64,000 bases of DNA from Dimorphilus gyrociliatus (taxonomy: Eukaryota; Animalia; Annelida). The position numbers and the translations under genes are program-made. Location of the stretch: the NCBI GenBank assembly GCA_904063045.1, contig CAJFCJ010000009.1, positions 2,356,968-2,420,967 on the forward strand. Direction: 5' to 3'. A model generated the notes under the pieces. That model did no database searches and was not told the DNA's origin. It saw nothing but the letters and a program-made list of their open reading frames with translations. Below, piece after piece: positions 14,159 through 28,096 of the stretch. The stretch's first letter is position 1, and each line of letters opens with the position of its first letter.

Positions 14159-14938
14159 TTATGAAAAAAAATCTGAAGGCGGCTGAAAATAATGAAATTA
14201 TGCAAATTTTTCAATAAATAATTTACATATGTTCTTACCAATGGTACTAATTCCGTTACTCTATTATCGCTAACAATATTATCTTCATCAGTATCATCAT
14301 CATCACTATCATCATCAATAGCTAATAATCTTCTTGTATAATTTTCAGCAACAGATTGTAGACCGTTCATTTGATTTTGCGATAACAAAGCGTAATTTTG
14401 CATATAGTTAGAGTTTGAAGTTGTTGCATTCTCCCGATGATAATTATATAAGTTATTTGAAGGATTTTCTTCCAAGATCTCATCATCTATTATTATAGGC
14501 GTATTTGTTTGAGTGTTGGCTTGAGGTATTTCACTAGTTTGAGAGTTTTGCGGTTGTTCAATTATTTCTATATCTCCATCACCTAATTTTTTATATTAAT
14601 ATATATAGATTTCTCCTTATATTAGAGAATTGTAAAAGTTGTAATAAGTAAGCTTACTGCTAGAATGCCCAGCTTCACTACGAACACTTCTAGGAGTTCG
14701 TCTAGCCCTTGAACGTTCGAGCTCTCGTCTTTCATTTGTCAATCTTCTTGGTTGTTTCCTAGCCTTTGGCTCATAACTCTCCTAAAGATTTTTAGATGAA
14801 GAAGAAGATGGATAGATAGATAGATACATAGATAGATAGATAAAAAATAGTTTATTAATTTCCCATACTAACTTGACGTCTTCTCCTCTTATTCTGGTTT
14901 GTTTCCTTTGTCATCGTCTTTTGACTTTTATTATTCAT
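14159..14938 (-). CDS. Orphan low-complexity protein, about 190 aa: Arg-rich N-terminus, Asp-rich C-terminus, ends LVPLPPSDFFS
   Basis: Four exons join in frame through canonical sites: MNNKSQ...KRRRRQ | ESYEPKARKQPRR...GHSS | GDGDIEII...DDDSDDDDTDED...LVPL | PPSDFFS*. No recognisable domain. Confidence 0.65.
14811..14842. repeat. (GATA)n microsatellite, intronic
   Basis: gatagatagatagatacatagatagatagata run. Confidence 0.85.
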
Positions 14939-15185
14939 CTCTTTCTTTTCCAACTGACACTTCTCTAGTATTAAAAATTTACAAACCTAAAAATACTTTT
15001 TACTAAAGAGAAATTTAAAAAATGATGACGCAAACCAGACTATTTAGTCAAGTTAATTAATTTATTCATATATTCGTAAATATTCAAAAACAAGCTTTTA
15101 TTGAATTTGCGTAAGTATTTTTTTTGAATTGAATAAAAAGAAATTCATTATTCCTTTCTTTAATAGTAAAAGATTAAAGAAGAAA

Positions 15186-15208
15186 TAGAAGAAGAAGAAG
15201 AAGAAGAA
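15186..15208. repeat. (GAA)n microsatellite
   Basis: Short GAA run downstream of RAB3GAP2. Confidence 0.75.
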
Positions 15209-15297
15209 AAAGAGGATGATGAAGAAAAAAATAAATAGAAAGAAGAACACTTAGTTTTTCTGTTTTTTTTAATAATTTTTCCTCTTTTAAAATATAT

Positions 15298-18200
15298 TTA
15301 AATGAAAGTTTCTGCTAATTCTTGTAATGCGAGAGCCATTTTGAATTCAGCATGATTCTCTGGTAGATTTTTAATCAATTCTTTTAAAAGTTGAAATGTA
15401 TGAATAACTTCAATAGAAGGGAATCTTATTTGGTTTATATCCAATGTTTTTAACCATGTGGATACGTAGGGTGAACAATTGGCTATTCTTTGTACGCTAA
15501 GGGAACTATCGCAATTATAGATATAGTGGGCAAGTCTTTGACCAGCTATTAATATAATTTGGGACCCGATAACCGAATAATCTTCCAAAGTTTCTAGCAT
15601 CTCTATAGCTTTTTCATCGAAACCGGAAGATAACATTTGTACAATATGATGCCTGACGATTGAGTCACTCGAACCTAACAATTCTTCAGTTAGGTCAAGA
15701 GCAATCAAAGTCCATTTTTTATAAGTATCTTCATCCTCTTCGGTTGGTGTATCATCTCTTAGACCCAGCTTTAGTACGCTATGAGTAACAATCTTTGATA
15801 TAAATTGTCTTCTGCTAGCTTGAATAGTCTCTTCAATATCGGTAGGCAGTGATGCAGTTGAGTTAAGAGGTTTAAAGAATGCTGCTCTTCCCTTATTATC
15901 AAATAAACTCAAGGGTTGCACAGATTTTAAAGAAAGTTCAAAAACAGCTGAGAGTAGAAGAACCAATTGGCAATGGTGTTTCAATATAGCCGATGTGACA
16001 TCTCTTAGCTTTAATGATAATTCGACTAATGAAGATTTATTTTCCCTTTGCGAATTCCAGACATTTTCATCGCAGGACAACGATCGTAATATCGAAACAG
16101 ATGCTCCCGTTTCTCCAACTCTCTTTGTCTATTAAAATATAATACATATTATATATATTGTATGTATATTAGTATAAATATAAAGTACATACATTACTGA
16201 GCAATTTTAATAATGAAAGAACTGATTTCAAGTATTCGCATACAGCTCCGTTACTCATACCAATATCTTTTCTACATAATCTTTCTTTTGGTGCTTTACC
16301 AACTTTCTCAACAAGATAGCATGCAGCTGATAATTTCTTAACAAAGAACATATCCCACATAAGAACGGCTACGCCGTGTTGTAAGTCGATATTCTCTACT
16401 TTCTCTAAAAATTCAATCGATTTTTGTATACGATCAACAACTTCGGTATCCTTCGACCATTGTGTTGCGTATTCCCAAGCGCAATTTGCGAACAATATAT
16501 CGTCGTCTAAGCTTGTACCCAATCGTCTTTTCGCTTCATCTAGACGATCTTTTTTTTTTTTTTAAAAAAAACTAATAAATATTATAAATAAAAATTATTT
16601 TAATAAGCTTAAACCTCTTAGAATTTGATTGAATTTTTCCTCAAAATCATTAGCTTCTACACTTTCTTCCTTATTTTCGTTATCTTCGTTTTCCTCTTGT
16701 TTTATAGGTTTAGAGAGTGTTGAAACAGATATATCATTATAACAAATCCACTTTGATACAATTTCGGCAAGACTTCCTAATAAGAATAAATAACAAATTT
16801 TACAATTTTTTATTATTCTCTATTCGTTTCTATAGTTACCTTTACCACCTTCTAAAACTTTATCAACGGATATGGATACTTCACTCTGGAGTTTCGATGC
16901 GAATAGCTGTTGAACAGCCAGTAAATCTTCTAATTGTTTCGTTATTGTACCCCATCTTGCCTGTTCAACAGTAACGGCTTCCCAATCTCCTTCCAGCCTA
17001 TAGTCGTCTTCTGTAGTATTATCTCCTTTCTTTTATTTTTAATAAATTGTTTTTACAAAATAATAACTATTTTAAAATATACGAAAATAATTATTACCGC
17101 TTCACGTGCTAGATATTCAAAAGCAACTGCTCTAGATACAATTGTAGCAACGAGAGCCGAAGGACAATTTGAAGAAGAGCTAAGAAGACTTCGTACTTTT
17201 TTCCAAAAGTCTATTTCACCATTTTCTTTAGTTTTTAAATAATTTTTATCTACAATAGAAAATAAGGGAGAAATATATTAATCAATATTGACTATTATTA
17301 TTAATTGAATATATTGACAAACCTGTTAAGTTTGTAACACATTTTAAAAGTATAAATAAATTTTTAGAATTCATTAAGTTTAAATTATTGTCGTGTAACC
17401 AAGTTTCTAATAATAGATTCTGTAAAAACATATATTATATTGATATATTATATACTGTATATGTTCAATTTCATTTACTTACAAGTAGAATATCGGATGG
17501 TATACCACTCTGCATAAGTAGAACATTATAATTGGACGGCACAGGTCCTTTTAGAAATTGACCAAATAGAAAACGACTTAGATTATATTTCCTGTCATCC
17601 GTTATGCTTTCGTGTAAAGCTATTGCCAATTCGGATTTAGTTCTATCTTCTCCTTCGCTTTTTAGAACACACTATAAATATATATATTCTATATTAGAAA
17701 TATCTCTTAAAAAAGACTATCAACAGACATGAAAGCACTTAAGAAAGTCAACTGTTGACTTAAATAAACTCTTCTCTGAAAATTGCACTCTATTAGCTCC
17801 GTGGGATTGATCAATTAATTTAAGATCATCTTGAAGTCTTTTAAATTCTTCTTTTGTTAAATATAACAACTTTGCAATTTCCTATTAAAATAACACATGT
17901 TTTTTTTTATAATATACTGTATATTAAATGATAATACTTCGTAATCTTCTTTTGTTTCCACTATCATTTCCGATCTAATTGAAGATGTGTTTGACATATC
18001 TTCATAAGTTTCAACCAATTGTGTACTTAATATGCAGAATTGTTGCAATAATTGATTCTCATAATCTAATAAATGCCTGTCGTCATCTTCCGATTTATCA
18101 TTTCCTTCCAAATTCTCTTCCATAGCTTCTAATTCATCTTTGCAATTTTTCAAACAAAGTTTAATAAATTCGGATGATAAATAGCCAGTTAACATAATTC

Positions 18201-20422
18201 TCTCCAATGCTTGCTGTTTAATATTTGCAGTTTTAATGTCTTTTAGCATCTCGCTTACGCTATTAATAAGTTCGTCTGCCATTGATGAAAAAGGAACAAA
18301 TATTATTTAAATTATGAATATTAATACGATAATTTAAATCTTAGTTACCCGTTGATGAGACGTTATCCTTGAGTGTAAATTTCAATTTCTTTAACAAGTG
18401 TAAATCTTTAACCCTTCTGCTGTTTCCTCCACTTAATGATAAATGGAATGGAACGATTAGAGTTTTCACCGTGCCGTCAACGTCTATTAAGAAAGCTTTA
18501 GGCCAATTCATATCTACATAAGTTGTATTATTCATTCCCAACATATCATAGTCAATTGACACTAATTTGCAGGTTTTTGATACGTTGAACGCCGCAACGC
18601 GAGGTCCATGAACAGCTGACCATATCTATAAGGGAAAGGAGAAAAATTGTTTATTTATTTTTAGAATTAGACGCTTTTTTGGAGCGCCAGAATGTAATAA
18701 GATATTCTTTTTGAAAAGAAGCCATTACTTCAAGGATTCCTCTCCTGGGCGCTAATATTGTCAAGAAGAGAGTACGCTTTAATGATTTATCTTCATTAGA
18801 CGAAACGTCCTGCTTAACACATATCCATGCAATTTGAGCATCTCTGTAGCCCTTCCAAATCCTTAATGCATAGCCCTGATTTGCATCAATAATCATCACT
18901 CTACCGAAGCAATCCGTTGTAGCGGCTAATCGACCGTCAGGTGACAAAACGATACTTTCGCCAATTCGACGTTTGTCTGGTAAACCAAATCTGGCGGCTA
19001 GAGAAACGGCTGGCTCGATTTTAGGTTTCTTTCTTTCTTTAGATGAGTCCTGCTTCGACGAAAAACCCAACCAGCCACTAGCTGCCGATATTTGACTATA
19101 AAAGGCACTTTTTAATTTACTACCAACAGCGTGAACGACGTCAGATAATAGCGGTGGAGTACTGCCCTCAATTGCATAGTAAAAGGCCGCGTAAGGCATA
19201 GAACCCGTACATATGTATTTGTATGAAGAAGGAGGTGTTGGTTGGATAGATACGTTAAAACCTCCTATCAGTGAAGCGAGCGACATTTGTGAATAGGCTG
19301 AAGGGGAATATAATCCGCAGGCAACATAATCTGTGATAACGGCTTGATCCGTAAAGTTCCACTTCTTATATGATAATGGTGGAGGTGAGACATTTTCAGA
19401 TCGTGCAGCACTACTTCTGCAGGCTCTTAACGATTGATAAAGACTGAATCCGTCTATTGAAATGAGGTTTTTCCTATATAAAATAGTAAGTTCTTCGTGC
19501 TGGACAGGAAACGAGAAAAGATGTATAAAGATCTATAAAGATTTTAGTATAAGCAAACCTTTTCTGTATCAAATTCATGAAAACGTGGCTCGAAAGTCCT
19601 ACATTTTATACGCCTTACAGCAACATCGCAAAATATTTGGGATAAAAGAATAATTCCAGTCTAAATTAGACAGGAAAGATAATAATTTCATTCATAATGA
19701 TATTCTATTAATATTAATAAATTTTGACATACTTCTGTATAGAATCGAACGTATCCTGTACTAAAACCAACAATTACGCAAGTCCAATCAGGTCCTACGT
19801 ATGTGCTTCTCTTTAACGATGCAAAGGGCAGACAGAATAGACATGTTATTTCCTCGCTATTACAATTATCATTGAGTAATTCAATAGCAGTTTCTTTCTG
19901 TATTATATTACAAAACAAACCCTTCTTCTTCTGTTACGCATCCTTCAAACACTAATGAATATTTTGCTTCGGTTCCCTTTCTATCTTCTGCGTTGTATTT
20001 TTCTGAAATTGAATCAAGTGATATTTTGTTAGGGAAATTTATCTATTATTCATAAATATTGATTACGTGATAGAAGTACTAATTGCTTTTTCTTCGCAAA
20101 AGCTATCATCTGCGCGTTAGGTGCTGTTGTAAACAAGCATTGATCGAGCCAATTATCATCTTTGTCCTTAATTAAGTTTTCTGTCTCTTTCTCAGTCGTC
20201 ATCTTAACATCTTCGTTGTCCCAACCCCAGTCTGCGTCATTCCAATCCCCAACGTTTGCGTCTAATAGGTCATAAAATTGCATATCGAATTTAAAGACAG
20301 AAACGAAAGTGAAATACTTTACCATCTTCTTTCTTTAGAGAGTGTTGATCTTCAATAAAGAGATACTTTTTTATAAGATCAACGTCCCTAAGAGAAGCTA
20401 AACATTTTAATTCACTTGACAT
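15298..20422 (-). CDS. RAB3GAP2: Rab3 GTPase-activating protein non-catalytic subunit, multi-exon
   Basis: Exon 1 20422-20323 ([13 protein letters not shown]...), W-acidic [43 protein letters not shown] and [11 protein letters not shown]. The C-terminal exon 16080-15298 includes [12 protein letters not shown]. Confidence 0.95.
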
Positions 20423-20665
20423 AGCTGCTACCTAGGAAAAAAATTATTCTTTCGTTACAAAATCAGCCCTAACATCTGTCGAGCTTTGTAACGCCATCTA
20501 TAGTGCTAAATGAAGTTCATCCGCAATATGACTACGTCAAATTAATTCCAAATAAGGTAGAAGAAATATTATTTATACCAGTTTTTATTAACAATTTATA
20601 TATATATAGATATATTGAGAAATAATATTTAAAATTTCTAGTTGCATATCCAGAGGTTACCGACA

Positions 20666-22831
20666 ATGACAATGGCAAGAAAAACCCTACTAATATGCTC
20701 CGGGCTTACAAGCGTACTAATACTTCGATGGTTAGCACATTCGATAATAAAACGTCAAAAGAAAGCAAAAAACGAGCAAAAGAAACTAAAAGCTCAGAGT
20801 AAAAGAGCCGAACAGTTAAATAACCTAAAAGCCGAATTAAAGCAATTTTCTTTCGAAAAATCAGAAGAAATACTTAATCTAACTGTTCCTGAACTTCTAG
20901 AAAAGTTAATCAAAGGAGAATTAACATCACTGCAGGTTGTTTCAACCTACCAGGTTAGCAACTCTAAAAACATTATACTAATTTTTATTAAATTATATCT
21001 ATAATCATTATTATTCGATAATCGATAATTATTCAATTTAGAAAGCCGCGTTAGCTTCTCACGATCAAACAAACTGTCTTGTAGAAATTATTAACGAAAG
21101 CAAAGAACTCTGTAATAGTCCAATACAACAAGGTAACACTAAAGACGTTCTCTAAATTTTTAATAAACATATATAACTCATACAAATTCTTCTAATATGA
21201 AGGACAACTACTATACGGCATTCCAGTATGTTTGAAGGAAGATATTGGCCTTAAGGGTTATACCACATGTTTTGGTTGTGCTAAGTGGTTAGAACAACCC
21301 CTAATCGAAGATTCCGTTATAGTTAAAGTGCTTAAGCATCATGGAGCTATTCCATTTGTTAGAACAAATCTTTGCCAAATGACATTGACGTACGAAAGCT
21401 CCAATCCAATTTATGGTGAAACTCTCAATGCTGTCCAAAATGATCGAAGTCCCGGCGGTTCTAGCAGTGGTAATGGAGCATTAATCGGAAGCGGGGGAAG
21501 TCCTATAGGAATCGGCTCTGATATGGGTGGTTCCCTGAGACTACCTGCACATTTTAATGGCATTGTCGCTCTTAAACCTTCCGTTGGTAGAGTAAGTTCG
21601 AAAGGTTGTAAACCACTCTTTCCCGGTAGAGAAATAAATCCACCGGCATATGGACCACAAGGAAAAGATGTTCAATCAGTTGTTTCCCTTATGAAGGCTT
21701 TAGCTTCGAATATAATGTATGAACTAGACGAAACAATTCCACCGCTGCCTTTCAACAACGACCTATACGAATCAAAGAAAAATTTCCGCATTGGTTATTT
21801 CGACTTTAATGGGGTTTTTCCAGCTGTTCCCGCTGTAAAACGAGCAGTAGAGCACACGAAGAACATATTATCAAACAAGGGCTATGAAATGGTAAATTGT
21901 AGTAGTTGGCATGAGCAAATTCAATTTCAAGTTGGAGTTGAGCTGATTACTGATCATACATTGATAGACGGATGTAAAGAAATGATGGCGGCACTTGATA
22001 ATGAGGAACTAGATGCTTCGTTCCAACAATTTATAGGATTCCTGAGGATGCCTAAATTTATCCAGCGTCTAATTGCTCACATGGTTTCTCTCTCAGTATG
22101 TTTCTTTTCTTACCAATTTTAATCTTTTAATAATAAATACAACCCTTTAAGGATCAGAGTACTGGAAGGATTTTGGCTAAGATGATAAATAGAGACGCCT
22201 CAGTTACTAAATTATTTGAACATGGTCGAATTAAACAAGTATAAAGCTTTTTTTTTTGCCTTCTCATTAATATCGATCATATTCTCTTCCATATAAAGGA
22301 ATATAAAGAGAAGATTCGTTCTTTATGGGAAAGTGAAAACTTAGACGCTATTATATGTCCACCTTGCGGTGTTTACGCACCTCCCCCAAAAAAGTATATG
22401 AATGCTGTTGGACGTACGTATTCTTAAAAAACAATCTAGCTTATCTTTTCTAGATTGAATAAAAAGAGTATAAAGTTTTTTACTCCTGCTTTGATTTTTA
22501 GCCGCTACAACTTATGCCTCTGCTTGGAATATTACAAACTACGTGGCAGGTGTTGTTCCAGTAACAACTGTTAACGAAAAGGATGAAAAAGATCTTGATC
22601 AATATCTGGAATCTAACAAAAGCAATCCACTCGCTAAATTAACTTGTGTAAGGACAAATTTCTAAATCGAATGTTATAGAGTTTGCTCTAATATTGCTGT
22701 ATCTATTTTTGTAGGAGGGATCCCGAGGAGGTGTCGGTCTACCAGTTGGTATTCAAGTCATAACTCCACCATTTAGAGAGGAAACTTGCTTGAATATTAT
22801 GAGACAAATCGAAAAAGGAGTAAAATATTAA
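20666..22831 (+). CDS. FAAH: Fatty-acid amide hydrolase-like amidase (amidase signature family)
   Basis: N-terminal membrane anchor; catalytic triad motifs LKED, PGGSSSG and GSDMGGSLRLPAHFNG; C-terminal GLPVGIQV. The exact paralog is uncertain. Confidence 0.88.
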
Positions 22832-22952
22832 AGATACTGAGAGAGAAAAAGGTGATACAGATAAGAATGAAATTTATTAGATTAGTGCCTAACATTTATC
22901 TTTATACTAACGACTTTTGTTTTTTAAAAAAGAAACAAACACGAATCATCTA

Positions 22953-25096
22953 TTAATCTTCTTTTCTATCTCCTTTGAATATATATTCATTATTTAAATT
23001 TATTTGCTGTTTAGTAATTCTACTTGATGTATCCGATAGTTCATCCTTTAAATCTGTTCTATCAGATTTTTCTTCAAATTCCGAAAGTACTGTACTTTTT
23101 ATTATTTGGATACTTTCCTCTTTGTGGTCGGAACAATCTGCTGTTTGTGTATCTTTTTTAGAGTTTGAATAACTTATCGAATCAATATGCAATTGGCTTG
23201 CAACGGCCTTCTCTCTATCCCTTTCTAACGAGGTTCCAGAGTTATGCCGTAAATCTTCGAAATTCAATGAATGACCCTCATTAGTAATATCACTATCGCG
23301 TCTGTCCTTCGTATCACTTTTGCAGCTAGCGTTTTCAGGTGGAATTTGATGTATTTCTTGTTGATTATTCTCCTCAGTTTTGAATGTATCATTTGGTAAT
23401 CTATCTACTTCCCCTCTTAATCTCATTCCGTAATCCTTTAATTCGGGTGATTTAGGACTGGAACTTTCGATTTTCACCTCTTTTCCTTTATCATTTTGAA
23501 CTGTAACCTCAGTGTTTAATTGAGAATTCTCAGAAGCTTGAATAACTTCGCTAGACGTATTATTTTCGTATAGTTCCCTACACTCGTCTGTATTTAATCT
23601 TTGAGAATCCTCCATGGTATTCGGTGTCAATCTTCCACAGTCTTCTCGAGCTTCTATCAACTCTCCTTGGTCTTTATCAAATTCTTTAGCTGATTTATCG
23701 GTACTTTCGAATGTTTGAGATGGGAGAGTCATTTCAGAAATGCTACAGAATATAAACGATGCTCTCGATTCAGTATGAGAATCTGTTTTGCTAAATTCTG
23801 ACTTTTCTTTGACAAGATTTTCAACAGTTGCCTTGACTCTCCTAATGCCCTTCTCATCGGGTTTATCGACAGAACTATGGAGGAATTTTTGACCAGTTTT
23901 AGGATGAATATCGAATTTTTCAATCTGCCTGATAACCTCATCACAAAATGAGTTATCTACATTCGAATCTAAACCTCTAACGTCATCAATTTCAAGTCCT
24001 TCGAATCTTTTACAAAATTCGTCTTCTACTAACCTCGAACTGTCGAACCGTTCTGATATATTTGTTCTTAGGAGGCTTTGTATCAGTCTTTCGCACGAAT
24101 CGGTGAGTACAATCCTTTCTAATTTTGGTAGTCCTCTTTTGATATTATAGTAAACTTGCTTGGGGGTTGTTCCTGGAAAAGGAAAGTGACCTCGTAAGCA
24201 GACGTAAAGAACTATTCCAATACTCCATAAGTCGGCTTTAGTAGCGACGTATTCGCGTTGCAGCAAAACTTCGGGAGCGGCGTATTGAAGGTTACCAACA
24301 AAAGTTGTTGACCAAATAATTCCCAAGGCTCTTGGATCATTTAGATTATCCGTTGCTACTCCAAAATCCGATAATTTCAAACTATCGTGCTTATCGAGAA
24401 GCAAATTTGAGCATTTAATATCTCTATGAGCTATTCCCTAAAGAGTTGTACAAATATTTGGCAATTAATTCTTAATTGGCTTTTATAGTTATTATAAAAA
24501 CCTTATTGTGTAAATAATCTATGGCTTTAGCTAATTGTGCAATCCATACTCCGACAACCGGCTCTGGTAGACGAAAGTGGCGAGTAACTTCATCTCTAAC
24601 GGTTCTGCCAGATAATCTCTCCATGATAATATATACCCGATTAGCGGTCTCAGCCCCGGCCACACATTTAACGATGTTCGTATGAGATACTTTAGAGGTT
24701 ATTCGTAGCTCTCTCTTGATAAATTTATCAAAATGGACAGTTCTTCCTTTCTTAATTAACCTAGCTTTATCATATATTTTTATAGCTACTTCTTTACCAG
24801 TTTTTATAGAATATCCAGATAGAACAATTGCTGTGCTACCACGTCCGATTTCAACATCATTTCGATGGAAACCTAGAATTTCTAAAACAGTTTTATCTTT
24901 TTTACCAATACTACATTTGTCTTGGGAAATTCCTGTGCTAGATTTATGCCAGGTTAATACTTGGAAGAGACGCTTAATAAGATTGCCTGAGCTAGATTTT
25001 GACAATTCCTCCTAACAATATTGTTTGTATTATTAACAAGAATCTCCTAATCGAAATAATCAGTTTTACCTCTTTTCTTACTTTACGAGTCTGCAT
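22953..25096 (-). CDS. TSSK-like (CAMK group) Ser/Thr kinase with a long acidic disordered tail
   Basis: Exons 25096-25070 (MQTRKVRKE, tentative), 25011-24502 and 24437-22953. Motifs VAIK, HRDIKCSNLLLD, LKLSDFG, STTFVGNLQYAAPE and ADLWSIG. The HRDxKC signature suggests the TSSK family. Confidence 0.85.
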
Positions 25097-25693
25097 TTTT
25101 TTTAAAAAAAAAAATAAGATATTTTATAAATATATATTCAATTTTTAAAAAAGTTATGAAATGACGAAGATATAAATAACTTGTTCTCGGTTGAGAATAG
25201 AAATTCAAATAATTGATATACACTGTATATAAATATATTAATAAACGAATAGAACATATTGCTTTCAATCAAATTTGTATATTTTTCCCTTGTTCTTCTC
25301 TCTCTCCTTCTTTCTTTCTCTTCGCAAATAAAAAAAATATTCAAATGACAAGGAAATAAAAAAAAAAGGCAAAATGCATTGAAAAAGATAAATTGTATAA
25401 AAAAACAAAGAAAAAATATCTGTACAGAAAGAATTGAAGCGAATCAAACTTATAAGTGCTTTTTCTTTTCTAAATTATACATATATACGTAGTTATTATA
25501 CTTTAATCATAATTTTAATATATATATATATATATATATATACTGTATATATATTAAAAGTTAGATTGTTTGTGTTATTTTTTTCTCTCAATCTTCTTTT
25601 TTTGTTTAGTTTACAAAGCAAATATATCGGAATGATGAAATAATCTAAAACATTGCACTCTCCTTTATTTAAAGAGAAAAGAGCAAAGTGATA

Positions 25694-27011
25694 TTATTTT
25701 CTTGTAGTAAGAACGATGATTAGAATAATAATTGCCAGTAAAACTACTCCAATTATAGCTATTATGCATTTCTTCTTTCGACTACTCGTTTGGTAATCTT
25801 GCGCTTTAGATAGTTGCTCTCTAGCCTGATCAACCCGATTCACAGTATTATCAACATGATGCTCAATACTATCTGTTAATTGGTATAGGGAAAAAAGATT
25901 AAAAATAAAAGATGAATTTAATAAGGTAAAAAAAAACAAGTATTATTAACCTATTACAGTGCCCTGTTCATGTATCATCATTCCAAGTTCTTTAAAAATT
26001 TCGTTCACTCCAACTATATCACTCTAAAAAGAAATTGAAATACAAAAAGATTGTGCACGTTCTAAAATGTAATTTAAAACTATACCTCTAGTTTCTTTAT
26101 TTCATTTTCTCTTTCTTTCAATAAATCTAAATCAACATTTTGTTCAATTTGTATATTCACTTGCTCAGTTCCTACATCGACGAGTGGTTTGTCATTCTCT
26201 CCTGAAAATGGGTTATTATCGAATCCGGAACTGACTCTTGCTCTTCGAAAGCTCTCTTTTTCTTTATCTGAGAGTTTTCTTTGAACTCTTTGAAATTTAT
26301 CCAATGCTGACGAAAATTCATCGGTTATCCGATTCATTTGTATTCTTCTTGATTTCTATTAGAAAAGCATTACAAATTATAAATATTTAATTAAAAATTA
26401 AAAAGAATAAACCTACAGCCTCTGACTCGATAGATGATTTTGGTAACATTTTAAGCTGTTTAACCCATTCGGAAGTCTCTTTTGCCTGGTGATTCGTTCC
26501 ATGTTGCAGTTTATGACTACGTAAAAATGGGAAAAAATAATAAACAGAGAAAACAATTCCAATTAGAATAGTTCTAAATAAGTAACTATATCTTTATAGA
26601 CCGTGAAATTTTTTCACAGTTGTTAAATGTTAACTGAATGTAAATAAAGTTAAATGCGTAATTTTACTTACATTTTATTCCTTAGTTCTTGAGTATCCCT
26701 TTCTGTGCTAATGAAATCGACGGATCTTTCTATATCAACAACTAAACATAGGATAAAAACGAAATTGCAATTAGTTTGTTGAGATTTAATACTATAAATA
26801 ATGCATATTTATATTTATCTATATATACCATTCTTATTTATTGTTCGAATATTGTTTTCTACCTTATTGATCAATCTATGATATTCATCTCGACCTGTAA
26901 ATAAACAATGACTTAAAAATATTGTTTTATCAAAGCGATTCACATAAAAGGTAGAGATTAGACAGGACCTGCACCAACGCCTCCTTGATACGAACCCTCT
27001 CCGTAGTTCAT
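25694..27011 (-). CDS. STX7: Syntaxin-7/12 family Qa-SNARE
   Basis: Habc domain, then SNARE motif [41 protein letters not shown], RKKK and a C-terminal TM. STX7 versus STX12 cannot be resolved. Confidence 0.9.
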
Positions 27012-27255
27012 TATTTCTTATTTCTGTTTCGATTCCTTATTGCAACCACAACAAGCAACAATCTGAAAAGATTGATAATTTGAATGAGAGAAAAAATGTT
27101 GATTTTTTTTTCCAAGCCTCTCATAATGAAAATGTATTATCATACCTCAATTGCTAGCTTTACTAGTTAGACCTTGTTCGTAACGCGTAGTAAGAAGAAT
27201 TAGTAGATTTTAAGTGGTTTAACCAACGGCTGGGTCAAATTATACCAGATATTTG

Positions 27256-27293
27256 TGAGTCAGATTGTGACTTCCAGTCACATGATGACGTCA
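27256..27293. promoter_or_regulatory. Motif cluster upstream of syntaxin: AP-1, ETS, M-box/CLEAR-like E-box and CRE
   Basis: TGAGTCA 27256-62, GGAAGT (minus) 27269-74, GTCACATGA 27277-85 and TGACGTCA 27286-93, upstream of the 5'UTR exon donor near 27146. Confidence 0.6.
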
Positions 27294-28096
27294 TGAATAT
27301 TGAAGAGTTTATTTTCGTACTTTTTGTCAGACAAATATTTTTATATTCTTAACTATTAAAGACATTCAGAATATTTTTTATTAAAATACGAAAACGACCC
27401 CGCCCATTATTCTAGGTGGCACCATAATTTTGGGGGGTTCTTAAATCAGCTGGAGAAAAGAACTCGCTTCCAATCTTTTTTAATATAATACAAAGATTTA
27501 GGCCAAAAGCGCATAAACACCAGGGACGATTGCTCAATTTAATTAGATTTCACCAATAACTACGAGCGTATCGAGTTCATTACTCATAAAGAAAGTAGAA
27601 CTATTATGTTATTGTGTGAATTCATATTTGAGTCAAAGTGTTATTTTAAGTGTATTTGGAAGCAAAGAAAATATACATTGATATAAATAACTATATACAG
27701 ATACATATACGTATAGAAAAGATTGGCAAATTTATCATTACATTACTTAGTTTGTGTTTCTTTCCTTTTTTATATATTTGTTGCAAGAGTGCATTATAAT
27801 CTTATAACACCTATAGATGGGGTAATTGACAAAAATGAAATAGAATTATCTCCTTTTATTTCTATCGTTGTTTTTCAAAATTCATAATAAGGTTACATAT
27901 TATCATATTATTCAAATTTTCATTCAATTTTGTATAATTTTTCAATGTAGTATAAATAACGTAGAAGTTTTCCCATAGTAGAAAACTGCAAAATATATAA
28001 AATATATAGTTATGGTTTAATAAGTATAACTATTATAGACCTTACCAAATTACAATAATAATTTCCTCTAGTATTGAACGTGTAGAATATTTTCAA

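Noticed and set aside
16717-17242. Plus-strand ORFs over RAB3GAP2, and similar antisense ORFs over TTLL9, the kinase, SSU72, CEP97 (56180, 57386, 58160) and WDR33 (45092)
   Set aside because: Antisense shadows of real coding exons, many starting at TTG or GTG; no independent signals.
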